The notes below the pieces were generated by a model. That model worked only from the letters and a program-made list of their open reading frames with translations, was not told the DNA's origin and did no database searches. 64,000 bases of DNA. Origin: Balanoglossus misakiensis. Its lineage: Eukaryota; Animalia; Hemichordata. Where the stretch lies: positions 1,914,699-1,978,698 of the forward strand of contig CM082581.2 of the NCBI GenBank assembly GCA_040954595.2. Direction: 5' to 3'. Positions 14,101-27,912 of the stretch are shown piece after piece. The position numbers were made by a program, and so were the translations under genes. Positions within the stretch are counted from its first letter, which is position 1. Each line of letters begins with the position of its first letter.

Positions 14101-16757
14101 AAGCTCTATTGGTTAACTTGAAATAGATTATGTACAAAATTATTGTGTAAAAGTTTAATACTTTATTGGGTGTTGCAGTCCACCAAATTTGAAGGCTGTA
14201 TCTGCTGTACATGCCAAGGCATGGGATAGTAGATCAAAGGTCATTGCCAAAATTATCAAAAGATTTGGGTTATGTCCTGGCAGCAGTAGTACTCATGTGA
14301 ACAAAATCATGACTGTTGTGCTTTTTAACAAGAGGCATATCCACATAAAATAAGTTCTGGAATTACTGGATCAAAGAACATGTGGAAGTAGTCTAATAAT
14401 TATGATATATTCTGGTCCTATGGTGACTCGTATCCATAAAAAGAATTTGTGTGGTTTCAATGAGCACGCTAGAAATAGGAAATTTTAGTCTTTTATCGGA
14501 GATCAGAAAATCCAATTTGGCTCCAATAAGGTTTACCCAATCACATTTTACTTGAAAACTTGATTAGAAATAAATGTTTTGAAATTTTTTTATTCTATTT
14601 TTCAAAAATCCAAAGCCACATGACCACTAACGATATTATTGTCAAACATTGAACCACACAGTCAATTTGAACTTGATTGGCCCTGTAGTTTTTGAAAAAA
14701 ATGTCACCTTTTAAAGGTTAACCGAAAATCCAATATGGCCGCCATGAGCAAGACAATTACAACTAAAAGCAGCATTGGAGGGACCAAAGTGGTTAGCATG
14801 GTTCCAACAGAAAGCAAAGGCTGTATCTGTTATTGATGCTGAGAAATTGTAAGTAAGCCAGAGGTCACGCAAATTTGGGCCAACAAATTTTGATATCAAA
14901 CTGAGGTGTGTCCAACAGAAAACAGACTTCTAAGCTCTATTGGTTAACTTGAAATAGCTTATGTACATAGTTATTGTGTTAAAGTTTAATTCTTCATAAG
15001 GTGTTCCAGTCCACCAAATTTGAAGGCTGTATCTGCTGTACATGCCAAGGCATGGGATAGTAGATCAAAGGTCATTGCCAAAATTATCTAAAAGATTTGG
15101 GTTATGTCCTGGCAGCAGTAGTACTCATGTGAACAAAATCATGACTGTTGTGCTTTTTAACAAGAGGCATATCCACATAAAATTAAGTAGTGAACAAAAA
15201 TGGATTAGAGAATGTGTGAAACTTGCCAAAAAATGTAACGTATTCTAGTCATATGGTGACTCGTATCCATAAAAAATAGTTGTGTGCTATTAATTAGTAG
15301 GCAAGAAATAGGAAAATGTATTTGTTAATCGGATTTTAGAAAATTCAATTTGGCTCCAATAAGGTTAAACCAATCACAATTCACTTGAGAACATGATTAG
15401 GAAAAATAAATGAGATTTTTTAATGAGATTTTCAAAAATCCAATAAGGCATCCAAAGTCACATGACCACTAATGATATTATTGTCAAACTTTGTGAACAG
15501 TAAATTAGAACTTGATTCGCCCTGCAGTTTTGAAGAAAGTCAACTTTTATAGATTATCAGAATATCCTATATGGCAACCATGAAGGAGACAATTAAAGCA
15601 ACATGCAGCATTGCAGGGGCTTAAGTGGTTAGCATGGTTCCAACACAAAGCAAAGGCTGTATCTGTTATGGATGCTGAGAAATGGTTAAGTAAGTCAGAG
15701 GTCATGCAAAATTGTGCTAACAAAATTTGATATCACACTGATCCGTATCCAACAAAAAGCCAGACTTCTAACTCTATTGGTTAATTTGAAAAAGCTTATG
15801 TACATAAATATTGTGTTAAAGTTTAAACTTCATTAGGTGTTTAAGTCCTCCAAATTTGAAGAATGTATCTGCTGTGCATGCCAAGTTATGGGGAAGTACA
15901 TCAAAGGTAATTGCCAAAATTATCAAAATATATTTGTTTTGTCCTGGCAGCAGTAGTACTAATGTGAACAAAATCATGACTGTTGTGCTTTTAACAAGAG
16001 GCATATCCACATAAAATTTAGTTCTGGAATTACTGTATCAAAGGAGATGCGAGAGTCACCAGCAAATTGAAATATATTCTTGTCATATGGTGACTCGTAT
16101 CCATAAAAATTATTTGTGTGCTTTCAATGAGTAGGCTAGAAATAGGAAATTTTAGTTTTTAATCGGAGATCAGAAAATCCAATATGGGTCCAATTAGTTT
16201 TAACCAATCACAATTTACTTGAAAACTTGATTAGAAATAGATTTTTGATTTGTTTTATGATATTTTTCAAAAATCCAATTATGCATCCAAAGCCACATGA
16301 CCACTACTGATACTATTATTGTCAAACATTGAACCGCACAGTAAATTAGAACTTGATTGGCCCTGTATTTTTTGAAAAAAAATGTCAAGTTTTAAAGGTT
16401 ATCCGAAAATCCAATATGGCCACCATGAAGAAGACAATTAATACTAAAAGCAGCATTGGAGGGACCAAAGCGGTTAGCATGGTTCGAACAGAAAGCAAAG
16501 GCTGTATCTGTTATGGATGCTGAGAAATGGTAAGTAAGCGAGAGGTCACGCAAATTTGGGCCAACAAATTTCGATATCAAACTGAGCTGTGTCCAACAGA
16601 AAACAGACTTCTCAGCTCTATTGGTTAACTTGAAATTGCTTATGTACATAATTATTGTGTTAAAGTTTAATACTTCATTAGGTGTTTCAGTCCTCTAAAT
16701 ATTTTGTTTATTTCCTGGCAGCAGAAAGCAAAGGCTGCATCTGTTATAGATGCAAAA
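8195..16757. repeat. 3411-bp higher-order tandem repeat (4 monomers), about 2.5 near-identical copies
   Basis: Near-identical ORFs recur at an exact 3411-bp offset: 8994/12405/15816, 9570/12981/16392, 10288/13699 and 11300/14711. Confidence 0.95.
10450..10580 (+). mobile_element. 131-bp 5'-truncated non-LTR retroelement 3' end, with a second copy at 13861-13991
   Basis: Flanked by a TTTTGTT direct repeat (10443-10449 and 10581-10587). Ends in GGCGCTATATAAA plus a (GATTT)n tail. Absent from the homologous monomer near 20190. Confidence 0.7.
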
Positions 16758-17874
16758 CACATAAAATAAGTTCTGGAATTACTGGATCAAAGGACATGCG
16801 AGAGTCGCAAACAAGTTGTTCAATCAAGTTTTGTAAAAATTTGATCAAAGAACATCTGAAAGTAGTCTAATAATTTTGATATATTCTGGTCCTATGGTGA
16901 CTCATATCCATAAAAAGAATTTGTATGGTTTCAAGGAGCACGCTAGAAATAGGAAATTTTAGTCTTTTATCGGAGATCAGAAAATCCAATTTGGCTCCAA
17001 TAAGGTTTACCCAATCACAATTTACTTGAAAACTTGATTAGAAATAGATTTTTTGAATTTTTTTTATGATATTTTTCAAAAATCCGAAGCCACATGACCA
17101 CTAATGATATTATTGTCAAACATTGAACCGCACAGTCAATAAGAACACCAAATTTGAAGGCTGTATCTGCTGTACATGCCAAGGCATGGGATAGTAGATC
17201 AAAGGTCATTGCCAAAATTATCAAAAGATTTGGGTTATGTCCTGGCAGCAGTAGTACTCATGTGAACAAAATCATGACTGTTGGGCTTTTTAACAAGATG
17301 CATATCTATGTATAATTTACTTCTTATAAAATAATGTAAAGGACACTGGTGCCCTTTGGGGATTACTCAGAAATTAGGTATTCACCAGAATTAAATTCAG
17401 GGGCGACATTGGCAAGCATATATGGCATTAATATTTAAATACTATGGAAACATAAAAAAATTAACTATGCCAAATAAAGTGTTATGTGTCACAGCAATCT
17501 TACAAGCTACACTAAAAAAACAACAACTGATTTTTGTCCAAAAACTGTCTGTAAAAATACATGCGAGTATGACAAATTAATTAGTCCAATCAGACAGAGG
17601 CATTCACTGACCTACCACCAGTTTATAATAAAATAGCTGGTGGTCCCTGTAACAGCTGGACCATTAAAATTATATAAGGAAGATCAGTTAAAAATTTACT
17701 CCAAGATTGCCGTTTATTTTTCTGATAAAAATGTTTATACATCTTAGTAAGTTATAACAAAGAAAATTATCAAAATCGGTTCACCGGATTTCAGCGTACA
17801 AACGCATCAAATAATACTGAGATTCTCAAGTATCTTCACCATTTTTCAAAGAATTTTACCAAATTATATAAAAA

Positions 17875-19212
17875 TGTAAGATTCACAGAAGATTACTTCT
17901 TTCAGTTTTACAGGAGATCATCTAAACTTGTAAAAAAAATCTCTCTATTTTTTGCATGGCACCATGGTAAAATATGAAAATTTGCAATGTTTGATGTTCC
18001 GTGTCTAAATCATGTTTGATCTAATTTTCACGAAATTTTCAGATTATATTACAATATATGTGCAGATACAGATAGTGACTTATGTTTTTGATATCTGGAT
18101 TATAATTTAAATTCACAGGCGCTCAAATATGGTAAACCTAGCATTTTACCATTGCAAATGGGCGGCCATATTGGGTTGACATTTCTTTAGATGGCAATAT
18201 TTGTTTATACATTGCAATTTGCTGAAAATCAGTTCAATCACTGTAGTAAGTGGAAATATTTAAATTCTTGTGTATTTTAGCAATCATAAAGCTGATATTA
18301 CTATCAAAAAAATGTTATACAGTTGCTTCTGGACAGCAAAAATTGCCATCATTCAAGTCAAAGTCTCAGATCGGCCCTTTTGCTTGCCTGTGTCGAGCAG
18401 ATATCAAAAGTGGAGAAAGTTGGATAGTTTAATTTCTACATGTTACCTGTACTATCCTTGTAGACTATTAACATTAACAAGAATTTCATATTAACTTCTG
18501 GTATGATATGCATGGAAAGACTGGCTGGCTATAAATCATAAAAATGGACGCCGTTGCACCATACAGTTTTACTGCATACACACGTATTTTAAGCAAACTG
18601 TGCCTTTCATGTATTCCACTTTTCTCCCTTCCTTGCTGGCTTTCTCTGTTTTTTTTCTGACTGTGTCTTTATAAAATTACTATTTTTTTTTATTTTTTTT
18701 TTTTTTTTGGGGGGGGGGGTAATTCAATTTCTGGCTCAAAAAATTGTACTAGAGCTGGTAAGGTTTCCTGAAAATTAATCCCTGTATCTTTAACGCAGGT
18801 GTGCAAGTTCATATAAAGTTCATTGGTTAAAGGAATATTATGAGCTGATAAATTTACTAAGCTCTTCTTTCCAGTTAGAAGCTCTGCTATATTAACAACT
18901 ACTCTCAATGCTACTTCAATAATGTTGCCTGTGCAAATTGACAATCAAAATATCCATTAGTTAGACAACATATTTGGTTGGGTAATTACAGAATAATAAC
19001 TATAATTCCATGCATACTCTACCTAAACTCAAATTAGAATATATAACTAAAATTATAGTTATACACAGGTCTATAAAATGCTAAGAAAATATAAAATCTA
19101 GGAAAGAACACCCATGGGAATTCAGCTCTTAGCAGATAACATCAGTCACTTTGAAGACATGTCACTTCCCAGACTTTACTAAAAATACTTCCAACTCTGA
19201 CGTTAAACGCAT
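17875..19212. repeat. Duplicated ~1.35-kb segment, copy A (copy B at 21787-23545)
   Basis: Near-identical ORFs 18250/22599 and 18690/23027, with colinear sequence from AAGATTCACAGAAG to AAACGCATCTC. Confidence 0.9.
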
Positions 19213-21780
19213 CTCCAAAAAATCCAATATGGCAACCATGAAGAAGACAATTAAAGCAACATGCTGCATTGGAGGGACCAAAGTGGTAAGCATGGTTCCA
19301 AAAGAGAGCAAAGGCTGTTTCTGTTGTGGATGCCAAGAAATGGTAAAGTAAGCCAGAGGTCATGCAAAATTGTGCTAACAAAATTTGATATCAAACTGAT
19401 CAGTGTCCAACAAAAAACCAGACTTCTAAGCTCTATTGGTTAACTTGAAATAGCTTATGTACATAATTATTGTGTTAAAGTTTAATACTTCATTAGGTGT
19501 TCCAGTCCACCAAATTTGAAGGCTGTATCTGCTGTACATTCCAAGGCATGGGATAGTAGATCAAAGGTCATTGCCAAAATTATCAAAAGATTTAGGTTTT
19601 GTCCTGGCAGCAGTAGTACTCGTGTGAACAAAATCATGACTGCTGTGCTTTTTAACAAGAGGCATATCCACATAAAAGAAGTTCTGGAATAACTGGATCA
19701 AAGGACAAGCGAGAGTCGCAAATAAATTGTTTAAATCAAGTTCTGTAAAAACTTGATCAAAGAACATGTGAAAGTAGTCTAATAATTGTGATATATTCTG
19801 GTCATATGGTGACTCATATCCATAAAAAGAATTTGTGTGGTTTCAATGAGCAGGCTAGAAATAGGAAATATTAGTCTTTTATCGGAGATCAGAAAATCCA
19901 ATTTGGCTCAATAAGGTTTACCCAATCACAATTTACTTGAAAACTTGATTAGAAAAAGATTTGTGAAATTTTTCATGAGATTTTTCAAAAATCCAATATG
20001 GCAACCAAAGTGACATGACCACTAATGATATTGTTGTCAAACATTGAACCGCACAGTAAATTAGAACTTGATTTGCCTTGTAGTTGTTGAAAAGATGTCA
20101 ATTTTTAAGGGTTATCAGAATATCCAATATGGCCACCATTAAGAAGAAATGGGACAGGCCCAAGCGGTTAGCATGGTTCCAACAGAAAGCAAAGGCTGTT
20201 TTGTTGTGGATGCCAAGAAATGGTAAAGTAAGCCAGAGGTCACGCAAAATTGTGACACAAATTTTTGATCTTAAACTGATCAGTGTCCAACAAAAACCAG
20301 ACTTGTAAGCTCCATTTGTTTACTTGAAATAGCTTATGTACAAAATTATTGTGTTAAAGTTTAATACTTCATTAGTTGTTTCAGTCCTCCAAATTTGAAG
20401 ACTGTATCTGCTGTGCATGCCAACTTATGGAAAAGTAGATCAAAGGTCATTGCCATAATTAGCAAAATATTTTGGTTATTTCCTGACAGCAGCAGTACTC
20501 ATGTGAACAAAATCATGACTGTTGTGCTTTTTAACAAGAGGCATATCCACATAAAATAAGTTCTGGAATTACTGGATCAAAGGGCATATCCACATAAAAT
20601 AATTTCTGGAATTACTGGATCAAAGGACATGCGAGAGTCGCAAACAAATTGTTTATTCAAGTTTTATTATTGTCATTGAACCGCACAGTAAATTAGAACT
20701 TGATTTGCCTTGTAGTTGTTTTATAAGATGTCAATTTTTAAAGGTTATACGAAAATCCAATATGGCCGCCATGAAGAAGACAATTAAAACTAAAAGCAGC
20801 ATTGGAGGGACCAAAGCGGTTAGCATGGTTCCAACAGAAAGCAAAGGCTTTATCTGTTATGGATGCTGAGAAATGGTAAGTAAGCCAGAGGTCACGCAAA
20901 TTTTGGCCAACAAATTTTGATATCAAACTGAGCTGTGTCCAACAGAAAACAGACTTCTAAGCTCTTTTGGTTCACTTGAAATAGCTTATGTACATAATTA
21001 TTGTTTTAAAGTTTAATACTTCATTAGGTGTTCCAGCCAAAAAAATTTGAAGACTGTATTTGCTGTTTATTCCAAGTAATGGGATAGTAGATCAAAGGTC
21101 ATTGCCAAAATTATCAAAAGATTTGGGTTATGTCCTGGCAGCAAAGGTCATTGCCAAAATTATCAAAAGATTTGGGTTATGTCGTGGCAGCAGTCGTACT
21201 CATGTGAACAAAATTATGACTGTTGTGCTTTTTAACAAGAGGCATATCCACATAAAATAAGTTCTGGAATTACTGGATCAAAGGACATGCGAGAGTCGCA
21301 AACACATTGTTTAATCAAGTTCTGTAAAAACTTGATCAAAGAACATGTGAAAGTAGTCTAATAATTGTGATATATTCTGGTCATATGGTGACTCATATCC
21401 ATAAAAAGAATTTGTGTGGTTTCAATGAGCAGGCTAGAAATAGGAAATTTTAGTCTTTTATTGGAGATCAGAAAATCCAATTTGGCTTCAATAAGGTTTA
21501 CCCAATCACAATTTACTTGAAAACTTGATTAGAAATAGATTTTTGAAATTTTTTAATGATATTTTTTCAAAAATCCAAAGCCACATGACCACTAATGATA
21601 TTATTGTCAAACATTGAACTGCACAGTAAATTAGAACTTGATTGGCCCTGTAGTTTTTGAAAAAAATGTCAACTTTTAAAGGTTATCCGAAAATCCAATA
21701 TGGCCGCCATGAAGAAGACAATTAAAACATTTACTAAAAGCAGCATTTGAGGGACCAAAGCGATTAACATGGTTCCAACA
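19213..21780. repeat. Second block of the ~840-bp monomer array
   Basis: Same monomer motifs as the 4.4-17.3 kb array. ORFs 20084 and 20738 resemble 10328 and 11300. Confidence 0.9.
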
Positions 21781-21786
21781 TAAAAA

Positions 21787-23545
21787 TGCAAGATTCACAG
21801 AAGATTACTTCTTTCAGTTTTACAGGAGATCATCTAAACTTGTAAAAAAATCTCTCTATTTTTTGCATGGCACCATGGTAAGATATGAAAATTTGCAATG
21901 TTTGATGTTCCGTGTCTCAATCATGTTTTATCTAATTTTCACGAAATTTCCAGATTATATTGAACACCTATTGCCTGGCCATGAGGGCCATAGCGGCCGT
22001 TTATTACACCGGAGGGGTTGTGAGTTACCAGAATCATATGCTATTTCCCGAGGCCGCAGGCCGTGGGAAATAGCGTATGATTCTGGTAACTCACAGCCAC
22101 GTGGGGGTAAAAACGGCTGCTATGGCCCGAATATAGGCCAGGCTATAGGTGTTTTATAATAAACCTCATGCTGACAGTTTTGGAAAATCATGCAATTTTC
22201 TCTTGAGGTTGGCAGACGACATCTTCAGCGGTGGCCATTGTGTCAGATGCGACGCTGATTGACGTGACCACGTTTGTCATGTGACCGGTTTATATTTTTT
22301 CTGCTATTTCCCTAACGGTTCATAGTCGATTCTATTTTCCTATCACGTGACGGATTCTGGCGAATCACGGCACAGTATTAGCATGAGGTATATTATAATA
22401 CAATATATGTGCAGATACAGATAGTGACTTAAGTTTTTGATATCTGGATTATAATTTAAATTCCCAGGCGCTCAAATATGGTAAACCTAGCATTTTACCA
22501 TTGCAAATGGGCGGCCATATTGGGTTGACATTTCATTAGATGGCAATATTTTTTTATACACTGCAATTTGCTGAAAATCAGTTCAATCACTGTAGTAAGT
22601 GGAAATATTTAAAGTCTTGTGTATTTTAGCAATCATAAAGCTGATATTACTACCAAAAACATTTTATACAGTTACTTCTGAACAGCAAAAATTGCCATCA
22701 TTCAAGTCAAAGTCTCAGATCGGCCCTTTTGCTTGCCTGTGTCGAGTGGATATCAAAAGTGGAGAAAGTTGGATAGTTTAATTTCTACATGTTACCTGTA
22801 CTATCCTTGTAGACTATTAACATTAACAAGAATTTCATATTAAATTTTGGTATGATATGCATGGAAAGACTGGCTGGCTATAAATCATGAAAATGGACGC
22901 CGTTGCACCATACAGTTTTTACAGCACACACATGTATTTTAAGCACACTGTGTCTTTCATGTATTCCACTTTTCTCCCTTCCTTGCTGGCTTTGTCTATT
23001 TCTTTTCTGACTGCGTCTTTATGAAATTACTGATTTTTTTTTGGTAATTCAACTTCTGGCTCAAATAAATGTACTAGAGCTGGTAAGGTTTCCTGAACAT
23101 TAATCCCTGTATCTTTAACGCAGGTGTGCAAGTTCATATAAAGTTCATTGGTTAAAGGAATATTATGAGCTGATAAATTTACTAAGCTCTTCTTTCCAGT
23201 TAGAAGCTCTGCTATATTATCAACTTCTCTCAATGCTACTTCAATAATGTTGCCTGTGCAAATTGACAATCAAAATATCCATTAGTTTATAGACAACATA
23301 TTTGGTTGGGTAATTACAGAATAATTACTTTAATTCCATGCATACTCTACCTAAACTCAAATTAGAATATATAACTGAAATTATAATTATACACAGGTCT
23401 ATGAAATGCTAAGAAAATGTAAAATCTAGGAAAGAACACCCATGGGCATTCAGCTCTTAGCAGATAACATCAATCACTTTGAAGACATGTCACTTCCCAG
23501 ACTTTACTAAAAAATACTTCCAACTCTGAAGTAAAACGCATCTCA
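21787..23545. repeat. Duplicated segment, copy B, carrying a ~440-bp insertion
   Basis: Colinear with 17875-19212 except for the insertion at 21962-22399. Confidence 0.9.
21962..22399 (+). mobile_element. Non-autonomous double-hairpin element (possibly Crypton-like)
   Basis: Absent from the paralogous site near 18050. A ~190-bp palindrome at 21963-22153 is centred on GGCC-GCA-GGCC, followed by a second inverted repeat at 22154-22172/22380-22398. No clear TSD. Confidence 0.7.
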
Positions 23546-26500
23546 AAGTTGCATACACAATACTATAATATACTGTTAGAGATTTATAATGTTTTAAGTG
23601 AAAAAAATACAGAGATGTAAATACCCCTGCCATTTATTCAGTGACATGTAATGCTGCCATTATGCACTGATTGACTCTAGCCACTTTCCCAGTAGGAGGA
23701 AAAAGACCATATGCCGACTTCAGCATAAAAATCTCAGTTTACTCTGGCTAATTATATTGGAGTTCTTATCAGTGTTTCGGGACGCTTAGATGATAATCGT
23801 TGAAATGGACAACACCAACATATGACGTTAACAAGCGGGAAGAAACAAAAGTTACTCAGTTTTTGGCATTTTATTTTTATTTGCAAGACCGAGAAATTAA
23901 AATATGACAAGTTTAGAAATCAATCAGATTATACAGCATGTCCCACTTTGAATGGTGGCCATATTGGATTCTGAACTCCCTAGTAATATAAACATATAGT
24001 GTACTTAGTGAGTCTCAGTATAGGGTAATCAACACAATCAGACAAAACTTGGGTTACCCATTGGAATATTCCTATCAAATTTCAAAGCAATCCCATATGC
24101 AGTTTCAGAAAAATCAGTATTTTCTCCAAAATTGTATAATATCTTACTTCAATCGCTTCAGGGAACATGCCTACCAAAGCTCAAGGCGATCTGACATGCA
24201 GTTTGAAAGAAAATAATTTTTGATGAAAAATTCCACAACTTTCACACACAAAACGCAAATATGTAAATTTCAAGTATTTTTTTTAAACATCTCATTTAAT
24301 TATCCCCAAGGAACAAGCCTACCAAATTTGAAAGCAATCTCACAAGCGGTTTTAGAGGAAACAATTTTTGACCAAAAATGGCAAAAATTGCTACAAAATT
24401 ATAAATATGCACATTTTTCATTAACCAGGTTTTCATCAACTGGGACCACACATACAAAAGTATGCTTCCAAGCAACACGACTCTAGGAGAAAAAATCCTT
24501 GTCGCCCTGGTCAAAAAATTGGCTTATACTAAAACATCAAATCGGTTATCTCTCAAAGCTAAAAGGGTTATCACCAAACAGATTACAATGCCTAAGTTAA
24601 AATGTTTAAGACATTTTCTTTAGTTGTGGTTTTGGTTTTATCGGTTTTCCCAATAAAAATTAGGATAATTTTTTAAGTATGCCAACGGAGAGGTGGAAAT
24701 CTCACCAGAAAAGCGAAAATACACCAACCACGTTTAAACCGTAAAATTAAAAAAAAAACACCTGCAAACACCGAGGTGACTCATATAAAAACCTCAAAGA
24801 ACGTATGGAATTATGTATGGAAAAATACCGTGGTTTCCTGACCTTCCGCTAAACAAAGACTATACGTATGGAACTATCGTTCCGTCCACCAGCAAAGAGA
24901 CTTTCCAGAGAAAAACGTTCTACCCGTACCTTATGTCGCCATAGTGACGTGCCATTTTGCCACAACCGTTCGACAGTATGGTCGACTATTTTGACACTAA
25001 ACATCCTGCAGCGCTGCCATCCTTTTCAATCTCACAAACTGGCCCTACGTGCGCTTAGGCAAGAGGCCTAGCAATAAAATCCTCACAAAATATAACCCTA
25101 TAAATATGACTAGACTTTCTCGATTATGACTTCCTGGTCTCCTGATTCGGGAGCCAGCGCAGCCATACCCAGAATAGCCGAGAGGCTAGCTGCACGCCCG
25201 TAGCTCGGAATTGTTTCTGGAATTAAACCTACTTCTGTTCAACTACAAGGTGTTGTACGGATAGCTGCAAGTCACCCAATACCAGACAAAACAATCGAGT
25301 GACGGTAACATAGCTAAATAGGCTATTGTACTAAAAGCAATGATTCGATTATGAGCCTACCGAAAAGACGTCTTGATCCCGCGGCAAGTAGAAGGAAAGT
25401 GGTCGAAACCCGGCGTCGCACACCGGAAACGGATCAATGATCACCTGTTGTTATGGTGAGTAGAACGTGTTACCCAATCACAGACCAAAGTTAGCATTAC
25501 GACACACTAATGAATATGCATACATGCTACAGCTGCATATTTTATTTCTTTAGAACGCTCTGGAACATGCTCGCATTCGAAAGAATATCTCATTTGCTTT
25601 TTGAGTGTGAGTGCCTCATTGTCTACACAATAAAATCGGGGGGGGGGGCACAGTGGGTAATTTCTACCACAGCCACGCATTTCAAACCAGGCAAGCGAAC
25701 TGCAAACTTCCGATGTCTGAGCAACGGGTTTGATGTGCCTTGTGTTGTGAACACTTATTCGACTTCGAGGAAACAGAGCTATAATACTTCCTAATGTGTT
25801 TCTCTTTCTGTGTCATTTTGGTCAGTCAGACCACGATACCCGAGATCGTAAACTGCTTGGGTTAGGTCGCTTAGGAGGCTGCAACTGCGGCCACAGGTCA
25901 TGTCGGTGTGTGTTGTAAACAAACATGGTAAATGCCTCCCGCACAGCAACACGCTCGCTCTACCAGCAGTCACTGTGCTCTACCGTACTGTCGATCGTTT
26001 CCATGTCAGTTTAACGTTGGCTCGTTATAATGTCCCTATGCTTATCGTAATCTCGGGATCGTAATTATTATTTTATTATTATTATGATTATTATTTATCT
26101 TTATTTCAGACACAACCGTCCATAGAAATAGGTTACAAAAACTGACAAAAACACTAGAAAAGTAATAAATAAAATAAATGTAAAAAATATAATAGTTTTA
26201 AGAATCAATGTAAAATGTCAATCCAGTGGGTATGTAGTCCATAAAAGCGCATATCTCATGAGACAAGACGATTGATCAAAACATTGGGACTAGTACAGAA
26301 AAATTAAAAGCGACTTTTCTTCTCATGACGGAGAAGCAGTTTACGGCGTTTAGAACAAATATTTTAGAGGCACTTTCGTGTCCGGGTGACCAAGAAGTCT
26401 TCGAAGTGCATTGTTGTGACATACGATGATATTCCGGATATTATAATCGCACCATAAATGAAAGTCATAAATGTTATTACAAAAAGCATTAAATAAACGC

Positions 26501-27290
26501 AATTTCACATCGACAGAACACGAATTGAACTTTCTCAGGAGAAAATTAGGCCTAGCCCTTCCACATGTTATGTATTCGTGTTATGATAGTCCCACTGATC
26601 TGACAACACGCTCGCTTTTATTGTGGCCTTTTGTCCCGTTCGCCAGCACTGTGTATAGGCCTGCGTTTTCCGTTAACAGACTATCCCGTTCGCCAACTTT
26701 ACTGAACTGCAAATTGAAGAATCGGTTTGCAGCTAGGACGAAACGGCCGGGGTCGCGTACATTAAAGGCCGAACCAATAAGAATAAGTGCCGTAACGACT
26801 TGTTACCGACTGGGACGGCTACGAGCCAAGAGCATATTGCAGCTCAGTGTGGCAGGGCCGGTGGTGTGTCTTACGGGCGATGTCTCCACACACTGTACTG
26901 CTCTGTTTGATAAGAGTGTCCAAGCTTCGGACCACGGTCATGTTCGGACTTATGTCTTAACTTTGCTTTGTAAACACATTACCAACGTACAACCCCTCCA
27001 TGTTTGCAGAGAAATTAGATGAAGTCACATGGCGGAGTTCTCATCCTATCGGGATGCGTTTATCTCTGAATCGGCTGCTTTTCCATCGTCGAGTTTGATT
27101 TCATGTCCGATTCATAGTCGAGTTTTATGATGATCCCTGATTGATATATATTTTTTTCGGGCGCGCCGGGGGGGGGGGGGTTCCATGGGATTGATAATTC
27201 GAGGCAGGAGAAGAAATATGTCGACAGCGCAAATTGCCATTTTCTCGCTTTGTTTCGTCGATTTTGACAACTTCGCTCTGCATTGGTCGA

Positions 27291-27333
27291 CACAGCCGTA
27301 TTCAGCCTGAATTCTAGTTGGAGTAAAGAAATA
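27291..27333 (+). repeat. Left (gene 3' side) bipartite TIR: CACAGCC + 11 bp + GAATTCTAGTTGGAGTAAAGAAATA
   Basis: Read directly. The 25-bp block at 27309-27333 is the exact reverse complement of 34710-34734. Confidence 0.9.
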
Positions 27334-27862
27334 CAAACTCACAAACCTTACCAAATTACATCGATAGAGGGCGATATTCATATGGCAATCCTGATCTGTG
27401 CTGTGGTCACAAATTTAATACAATACACATTTTAAAAGTACAAGTTTAAAAAAAAATGTATGTAGTTTGAAAATTTATATTATTTCACTTTTAAATTCAT
27501 AGATTTTTTCAATTAAATTATATTTTTAATTAATGTTTTTGGCCACGACCTTAAAAAATCATTGCTCTTGTTTTGTTGGACATACCATGAACCATTTGGT
27601 GGGATCTGTTCACTGGATATACTAAAAAATATGACAATAGGGGATTGTATATATATATATCTATATCTATATATATATATATAGACACATATCTATATAT
27701 ATGTATATATGTAATATTTAGACACATGGGCACACACACACACACTTATATAAATATATACCGGTATATATGTGTGTTCCGATCCATACACTCACACCTC
27801 TATGAACTACATCCAAACATCACAAGAAATGATTACTGACAAAACTTGTACTTTTTTAACCA

Positions 27863-27868
27863 TTTATT
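27863..27868 (-). promoter_or_regulatory. Candidate polyadenylation signal AATAAA of the transposase gene
   Basis: TTTATT on the + strand, about 45 nt downstream of the stop codon. Confidence 0.5.
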
Positions 27869-27912
27869 CTTTTCTTTAGCAAAGTGCATGCATATCACTT
27901 CATCTTAAACAT

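Larger units (their letters stand above)
4380..17300. repeat. Array of ~660-950-bp diverged monomers (AAAATCCAATATGGC, GATCAAAGGTCA and AAAATCATGACTGTTGTGC motifs)
   Basis: The monomer anchor recurs at about 7246, 7906, 8741, 9586, 10365, 11315 and 12152. More degenerate copies occupy 4.4-7.2 kb. Confidence 0.9.

Noticed and set aside
1-21780. CRISPR-like periodicity and recurrent ORFs in the arrays
   Set aside because: Units repeat in full with no unique spacers and no cas genes, so this is eukaryotic satellite DNA.
26471-27022. 183-aa + strand ORF
   Set aside because: No recognisable motif or splice support. It lies in CpG-rich sequence that looks like non-coding transposon remnant.
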